NCBI GenBank assembly: GCA_043797975.1
Contig: JAZDPC010000055.1
Coordinates: 11,518 to 75,517 of the forward strand
DNA length: 64,000 nucleotides
Direction of reading: 5' to 3'
From: Bacteroidota bacterium
Lineage (GTDB): Bacteria > Bacteroidota > Bacteroidia > Bacteroidales > UBA12481
Shown here: positions 58,802 through 64,000 of the stretch, piece by piece
How positions within the stretch are numbered: position 1 is the first letter of the stretch
How the letters are laid out: each line of letters begins with the position of its first letter
Translations under genes and position numbers: made by a program
Notes under the pieces: generated by a model
Told to the model about the DNA's origin: nothing
Databases searched by the model: none
What the model saw: only the letters and a program-made list of their open reading frames with translations

Positions 58802-60049
58802 ATGGGCTACAGTGATAAAACAAAAAAGGTCTACACCGATCAGCTTGATGCCATTGCTGCTGCAGGGCTTTTCAAGCAGGAACGGTTTATTCATTCGAGT
58901 CAGGCCGCGGATATCGAGGTAGAATTCCCTGCCGGTTCAGTCACCAAGAAGGTCATTAACATTTGTGCCAACAACTATCTCGGGCTCTCGAGCCACCCCG
59001 ATGTTATCAAGGCGGCCCACGAGGGGCTCGATACGCGCGGGTACGGGATGTCGTCGGTGCGGTTCATCTGCGGAACCCAGGATATTCACAGGGAGCTGGA
59101 GCGCAGGATGACGGAGTTTCTCGGAACCGAGGACACGATCCTCTTTCCCTCCTGCATGGATGCAAACGCGGGCGTTTTCGAAGCCCTGCTTACACAGGAT
59201 GATGTGATCATCTCCGACCGCCTGGTTCATGCTTCGCTGGTCGACGGGATCCGTCTCTGTTCGGCCATGCATGACACCTTCAAGCACTCGAACATGGAAC
59301 ATCTCGAAGAGAAGCTCCAGCTTCATGCCGATAAGCGTCTGAAAGTCGTTGTGAATGACGGGGTTTATTCGATGGACGGGGATATGGCGAAGGTCGATCA
59401 GCTGGTCGCATTGTGCGAAAAATATGACGCGATGCTGCTTGTCGACGAATCGCATGCATCGGGATTTATTGGGAAAACTGGCCGGGGAACCCCCGAACAC
59501 TGTGGTGTCCATGGCAAAGTTGATATTATCACAACGACCTTCGGGAAAGCGCTTGGCGGAGCTTCCGGGGGATGCGTTTCGGGGAGGAAGGAGATCGTTC
59601 AGATGTGCCGTCAGAAGGCCCGTCCTTATCTTTTCTCGAATACCATTGCACCGGTAGTGGTATCAGGTGTACTGAAGGTTCTCGACATCCTCAGCGAGAG
59701 CACTGAGCGGCGCGACAAGCTGGAACGCAACACCATACTTTGGCGCAAGGTACTCACCGAAGCCGGATTTATCATCAAAGAGGGCACGACGCCGATTGTG
59801 CCGGTAATGCTTTTCAATGCCAAGCTGGCGCAGGATGTATCGCGTGACCTTTACGAAGAAGGGATCTATGCTGTGGGATTCTTTTTCCCGGTGGTTCCCA
59901 ATGGCCAGGCCCGCATCCGTACGCAGATATCAGCCGGCCATGAGACCAATCACCTGCTTAAGGCACTCGACCGGTTCATCAAGGTAGGCAAGAAGTATGA
60001 TATACTCGGGAAGACGAAGGAGGAGATAATAGAACGCTACGGCCAGTAA
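58802..60049 (+). CDS. Second, divergent Kbl-like PLP alpha-oxoamine synthase
   Basis: CANNYLG, SSVRFICGT, DESH, TFGKALGG and RQKARPYLFS are kept. SDRLVHAS and FPSCMDAN differ from the first copy. Confidence 0.85.
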   Translation: MGYSDKTKKVYTDQLDAIAAAGLFKQERFIHSSQAADIEVEFPAGSVTKKVINICANNYLGLSSHPDVIKAAHEGLDTRGYGMSSVRFICGTQDIHRELERRMTEFLGTEDTILFPSCMDANAGVFEALLTQDDVIISDRLVHASLVDGIRLCSAMHDTFKHSNMEHLEEKLQLHADKRLKVVVNDGVYSMDGDMAKVDQLVALCEKYDAMLLVDESHASGFIGKTGRGTPEHCGVHGKVDIITTTFGKALGGASGGCVSGRKEIVQMCRQKARPYLFSNTIAPVVVSGVLKVLDILSESTERRDKLERNTILWRKVLTEAGFIIKEGTTPIVPVMLFNAKLAQDVSRDLYEEGIYAVGFFFPVVPNGQARIRTQISAGHETNHLLKALDRFIKVGKKYDILGKTKEEIIERYGQ

Positions 60050-60119
60050 AGGTGAAAGATTAAAGGCGAAAGGCGAAAGATAATGGTTCTTTCGCCTTTC
60101 TTCTTTCGCCTTTCGCCTT
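60048..60119. repeat. Inverted pair of AAAGGCG heptamer arrays
   Basis: aaaggcgaaaggcgaaaga ... tctttcgcctttcgcctt. Confidence 0.75.
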
Positions 60120-60130
60120 ATATTTATCCC

Positions 60131-60505
60131 ATGATTTTCGGAATTGGAACAGACATTATCGAGGTTGAGCGCATCCGCGGTTTTATTGCCAAGGGAGATG
60201 CGTTCAAGGAGCGGGTGTTTACCCCGGATGAGATTGTTTACAGTGATTCCTTTCGCGATCCCGCTCCGTTTTATGCAGCACGTTTTTCCGCCAAAGAGGC
60301 ATTTGTAAAAGCCTTAGGCACAGGATTCACCAGCGGCATTGCCTTCAACCAGATCGAAGTCTATCACGTGGAACTGGGCAAGCCTGAGATCCGTCTTACC
60401 GGAAAAGCCAGGGAAATAGCCGAAGAAAAAGGGATCACCAGAATATTCGTATCCATATCCCATGTCAAGGAGTGGGCTAATGCGATCGTAATACTTGAAA
60501 AGTAA
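60131..60505 (+). CDS. acpS: Holo-[ACP] synthase
   Basis: IFGIGTDIIE, ARFSAKEAFVKALGTG, GKP and VSISH. Confidence 0.95.
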   Translation: MIFGIGTDIIEVERIRGFIAKGDAFKERVFTPDEIVYSDSFRDPAPFYAARFSAKEAFVKALGTGFTSGIAFNQIEVYHVELGKPEIRLTGKAREIAEEKGITRIFVSISHVKEWANAIVILEK

Positions 60506-60508
60506 AAT

Positions 60509-60603
60509 AGGGCAAAAGGGCAGGAAAGCAGGAAGTAAAGTTTTAAATAATTAAGAATTAAAACTTAATCCTTTCCTTTTTGCCCTTCTGCCTTTCTGCC
60601 TTA
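60509..60603. repeat. Inverted octamer arms between convergent genes
   Basis: gggcaaaa-gggcagga-aagcagga ... tgcccttc-tgcctttc-tgcc. Confidence 0.65.
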
Positions 60604-60609
60604 ACCTGC

Positions 60610-61959
60610 TTAATTTTTTATGAACCTTCGGCTCACCTTCGCTCCCTCCTCATCGGTCATCACCATCAGGTAGAATCCGTTTTGCAGCTTCGATACATCG
60701 AGCTGGTGAGTATATCTTCCGCCGGCCGGATAGTTTTCAGGGATGTCTTCATCGGATATCAGCCGTCCACCCAGGTCGAGCACCCGGAACCGGATCTGCT
60801 TGGCTTTCTGCAGGACCAGGTCCACATTGAGCTTATCCTGGACCGGGTTCGGATAGAGGTTCACATAGTCCAGCCCCGATAAGGATTCGCACAGGTTGGA
60901 GAAATAAACGCAGGGAACCGGCTCGGTTTTTCCATCAGAAGTGTCCTGCTGTCCTGCACCCTCCGGAATTCTGATCGGCACTCCCATATTATAATCTTGC
61001 CGGCGCTGTTGTTCGCCGCTGATTCCGATGCTATACCCCAAATTAGGTACAAAATTGGGATCCATCCGTTTTTTCTGATAATTGAACTCCATGCGCATCG
61101 GCCGGGCAATATCAGGGGGAAGGCACTGGAAGAAACGTTCGTTGGGGTAAATCCAGAAGATTATATCCCGATCATTTTGTTTGGCCCATTGAATATCAAC
61201 CTGTAACGGAATACATAAATCAAGGTAATCCTGCCAGGTTTCAACCTTGACTCCGGTTTGCCTGTAAACCCGGGTCGGCATATCAATAAGCTCCATTCCC
61301 CCGAAATTGGAAATGCCCATCAATATGATACTTTCGGTGGTCGGCATCAGTGTGTCGGAAGGATTCCTGATCGGATGTACTTCGTCGGCGGAACCTGTTA
61401 TCGTAACTTGTTTATTAATAAATAGTTTCATTGTGAACCAAAGCTCAATAGCGCGGAACTTACATTCTATAACGGTGTCTCCGATGTTGATACCCATGCA
61501 CTCCATGACATCCCGAGAGACACGTATGGCATTCGCCGGTTCCTGGCTTAAGTTTTCCTGAGTGGTCGTTACTAAACCTGATTTAGCAGAATCCTGTTTG
61601 GAAATCCTGAAGGTTTGCTTTGGATACTCTTTCGCGGCAATCGGAATAACTGGTCTATCGACATTCAAGACGACCGGCTGTTCGGTTGGTTTGATCCTCT
61701 CGCTAGCTATTCGTCTATTTTCTCCCCCTGGATTCAGGATCAACAGGGCGGCTGTTATAATGACAATTGGTGTGATCATGACAATAAGTTTTAACGGATT
61801 TAACAATTGTGTGATCCGTCGGGGCCTGAACGAAGGCTTGGAGGCCAGGGGCGAAGTTTTGCCGGATTCCACCAGCGATCGGATCTTGCTGACCGGAATC
61901 TCCGGCGCCGCTTTGCGCGCCTGTTCAAATAATTCGGAAAGACTTTTTTCTTTTTTCAT
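60610..61959 (-). CDS. Single-TM anti-sigma-like protein with C-terminal T9SS type A sorting domain
   Basis: ATG 61959 overlaps the sigma stop (ATGA). About 55 polar N-terminal residues, TM LIVMITPIVIITAALLIL, and CTD LYPNPVQD...LDLGGR...GFYLM...RRFIKN. Confidence 0.7.
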   Translation of the reverse strand: MKKEKSLSELFEQARKAAPEIPVSKIRSLVESGKTSPLASKPSFRPRRITQLLNPLKLIVMITPIVIITAALLILNPGGENRRIASERIKPTEQPVVLNVDRPVIPIAAKEYPKQTFRISKQDSAKSGLVTTTQENLSQEPANAIRVSRDVMECMGINIGDTVIECKFRAIELWFTMKLFINKQVTITGSADEVHPIRNPSDTLMPTTESIILMGISNFGGMELIDMPTRVYRQTGVKVETWQDYLDLCIPLQVDIQWAKQNDRDIIFWIYPNERFFQCLPPDIARPMRMEFNYQKKRMDPNFVPNLGYSIGISGEQQRRQDYNMGVPIRIPEGAGQQDTSDGKTEPVPCVYFSNLCESLSGLDYVNLYPNPVQDKLNVDLVLQKAKQIRFRVLDLGGRLISDEDIPENYPAGGRYTHQLDVSKLQNGFYLMVMTDEEGAKVSRRFIKN

Positions 61960-62498
61960 TTGTCTTCCTCCTTCCTTGTGCCTTGAGCCTTGTGCCTTGA
62001 GCCTTCCGACGGTTCTAGCCATAGTCGCAATTGTTCCCGTCCACGCTTAATGCGCGATTTCACTCCTGACAGCGTTCCGCCCTGCAGTTGCCGGATTTCT
62101 TCGAGCTTAAAGCCCGAGAGTTCGAACAGTACCAGTGCTTCGCGCTGTTTGGATGGAAGTTTTCCAAGGAGGTTGTAAAGAACCTCCACATCATGCAGTA
62201 TTTCCGGTGTCGGATCCGAAGCCGGCAGCATTTCGGCCCCTGCTTCGCTGTACTCTCCCCGGAACTTTCCTCTCCGGTAATGATGCAGTCGCAATCGTCG
62301 GGCCACGCCGAACAGATAGGCTTTGAAGGAATCTTTCTTCCGGAGTTGATCCAGATTCTCAAAGACGATCAGCACAGCCTCACCCGCCAGATCCCGGGCA
62401 TCCTCGCGGTTACCGGTTAATCCGCGACAATACCCGGTGAACGCCTGGTGACAGGGAGTGTACATCTCCATGAACACCTCTTGTTTTGTTGAATTCAA
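61956..62498 (-). CDS. ECF RNA polymerase sigma factor
   Basis: EDARDLAGE, FKAYLFGVA, QREALVLFELSGF and VKSRIKRGR. Confidence 0.9.
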   Translation of the reverse strand: MNSTKQEVFMEMYTPCHQAFTGYCRGLTGNREDARDLAGEAVLIVFENLDQLRKKDSFKAYLFGVARRLRLHHYRRGKFRGEYSEAGAEMLPASDPTPEILHDVEVLYNLLGKLPSKQREALVLFELSGFKLEEIRQLQGGTLSGVKSRIKRGREQLRLWLEPSEGSRHKAQGTRKEEDK

Positions 62499-62522
62499 TT
62501 GCGACTATTGGTTTCCATAAGT

Positions 62523-62550
62523 TAGTGCCTTTGGGCCCAAGAAAGTTTCA
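62523..62550 (-). promoter_or_regulatory. Possible ECF-type autoregulatory promoter
   Basis: The minus strand reads tgaaac-N16-gcacta just upstream of the sigma gene. Similar bipartite motifs precede the other two ECF genes (16905-16932 and 48388-48415). Confidence 0.35.
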
Positions 62551-62567
62551 TCGGAGTAAAACTTTTT

Positions 62568-62705
62568 AAGGCAGAAGGGCAGGAAAGCAGGAAGAAAAGG
62601 GGAATGAAAAAAGCTGCAAGTTCAGAGTATAATCCTTTGACCTACAGCCTTTTATCTTACTAACTTTCCTTTCTGCCCTTTTGCCTTATGCCTTCCTGCC
62701 CTTCA
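62568..62705. repeat. Inverted octamer/heptamer arms downstream of nrdJ
   Basis: aggcagaa-gggcagga-aagcagga ... ttctgccc-ttttgcc-ttatgcc-ttcctgccc, a relative of 60509-60603. Confidence 0.65.
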
Positions 62706-62712
62706 AATGCAG

Positions 62713-64000
62713 CTAGCTGCATTTGCTGTGTCCGCAATCCTTGCAGGTGAGGCACCCCTCCTGGTACATCAACTTGTCGCTGCCGCAATGTTCGCACTTC
62801 TGTCCCTTGATAGCTTCGGTGCCATTGGGGATATATTGCTTGAGCGCGCGGGCTACGCCAGCTTTCCACGAGTTGATGTTTTCGTTGTCGAGACTCAGTG
62901 AAGAGACCAGGTTTACCACATAGGGAATGGGCATACCGTGACGGAGGACTCCGGAGATCAGCTTTGCATAATTCCAAAACTCTTTATCGAACATATAGGA
63001 CAATCCGCCAACGGTGCAAGGATTGCCGTATTTATCGGTATACTGAAAATCATAGCGGGCGCCTTCGGCGGTTTTTATCTTGATGATCTGCCCGCGGGTG
63101 ATGGATTTGGGGATCAGCAGTGTGTCCTCTTCGGCGCGGCCGGTGAATATCTCATAAGGCTGGCCGTTAAGCATCCCGACAAAGGCGAACCAGTCTTCAT
63201 CCTCGTTCTTGAACCGTAGCAGCTCGGCTTCCAAAACCGGCGGGCGTTTATGGCCTGCATGAGACTGATGGTGGGGTTCTTCTTCCTTTTTCTCTTCGTT
63301 TTTGATCAGAACCCCGTCGCGCGATCCTTCGCGGTACACGGTGACGCCTTTGCAGCCGCTTTCCCAGGCTGTTTTATAAACTTCCGCCACGGTATCTTCG
63401 GTTGCATCTTTCGGCAGGTTGACCGTTACCGAAATGGAGTGGTCGACCCACTTCTGGATTTCCCCCTGCATGCGCACCTTGGCAACCCAATCGATATCGT
63501 TTGAGGTTGATTTATAATAGGGAGATTTTTTTACCAGCTCCTGAAGCTGTTCATCATTATAGCTTTTTACGGCTTCGGCATCGTATCCGTTACTGGTGAG
63601 CCAGTCCATGAATTTATGATGAAACACGTTGAATTCTTCCCATGAATCGCCCATGTCATCCACAAAGGAGATCATGGTCTCGGGATCACTGGGATTGACT
63701 TTCCGGCGGCGGCGGTAGAAAGGCATGAATACCGGTTCGATGCCCGAAGTGGTCTGCGACATCAGGCTTGTGGTTCCTGTCGGGGCAATGGTAAGGAGCG
63801 CCAGGTTCCGGCGGCCGGCCACTTTCATCTCTTCGTACAGGCCGGGATCTGCTTTACGCAACCTGTCGATGAACGGATTATCCTTTTCCCGCTGTGTATC
63901 ATACATCGGGAAAGCGCCTCTTTCACGGGCCAGGCTAACCGAGGAGCGATAAGCTTCCACCGCAAGAGTTTTCTGCACCTCTACGGCAAAATCAATGGCG
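62713..64000 (-). CDS. nrdJ: Class II (adenosylcobalamin-dependent) ribonucleotide reductase, C-terminal part
   Basis: TIAPTGTTS, TSGIEP, VDHSISVTVN, GCKGVTVYREGSR and a C-terminal CxxC...CxxC zinc ribbon. Runs off the window end. Confidence 0.93.
   Translation of the reverse strand, partial: AIDFAVEVQKTLAVEAYRSSVSLARERGAFPMYDTQREKDNPFIDRLRKADPGLYEEMKVAGRRNLALLTIAPTGTTSLMSQTTSGIEPVFMPFYRRRRKVNPSDPETMISFVDDMGDSWEEFNVFHHKFMDWLTSNGYDAEAVKSYNDEQLQELVKKSPYYKSTSNDIDWVAKVRMQGEIQKWVDHSISVTVNLPKDATEDTVAEVYKTAWESGCKGVTVYREGSRDGVLIKNEEKKEEEPHHQSHAGHKRPPVLEAELLRFKNEDEDWFAFVGMLNGQPYEIFTGRAEEDTLLIPKSITRGQIIKIKTAEGARYDFQYTDKYGNPCTVGGLSYMFDKEFWNYAKLISGVLRHGMPIPYVVNLVSSLSLDNENINSWKAGVARALKQYIPNGTEAIKGQKCEHCGSDKLMYQEGCLTCKDCGHSKCS

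Noticed and set aside
58802..60049. Second oxoamine synthase as serine palmitoyltransferase or BioF
   Set aside because: It keeps the Kbl-type motifs SSVRFICGT and RPYLFS, and the neighbouring ligase looks acetate-type rather than long-chain.

Overview
The window comes from a Bacteroidota genome, probably an anaerobic Bacteroidales. The support for this is TAnnTTTG promoters, T9SS C-terminal domains, GH106 and BACON-GH5 enzymes, and a class II ribonucleotide reductase. It has two halves, split by a tRNA-Cys gene (32529-32599, minus strand). The left half (1-32.5 kb) is an accessory region downstream of the tRNA. It holds a truncated double-SLATT-like membrane gene, three TIR-TolB_N-TPR paralogs with a constant N-terminus and variable C-terminus, exported hydrolases sharing one promoter motif, and four or five same-orientation att-like sites, with no integrase in the window. 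The right half (32.7-64 kb) is mostly core genome: EamA, T9SS cargo, three GH106 paralogs, RRM protein, folB, glnS, gltX, two ECF operons and nrdJ. It is peppered with 6/7/8-mer tandem repeats and palindromes. These form inverted arms around a four-helix-bundle gene and also sit in frame inside gltX and the GH106 genes. The best candidates for an undescribed system are: (1) a tdh/kbl locus extended by an acetate-ligase-like enzyme, a carrier protein, a second divergent Kbl and AcpS, suggesting a carrier-protein-dependent glycine/acetate/threonine route; (2) the integrase-less att-site array anchored at tRNA-Cys; (3) the repeat-flanked four-helix-bundle element; (4) a putative anti-sigma factor carrying a T9SS sorting domain. 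All calls come from reading the sequence and recalling motifs; no database searches were run.
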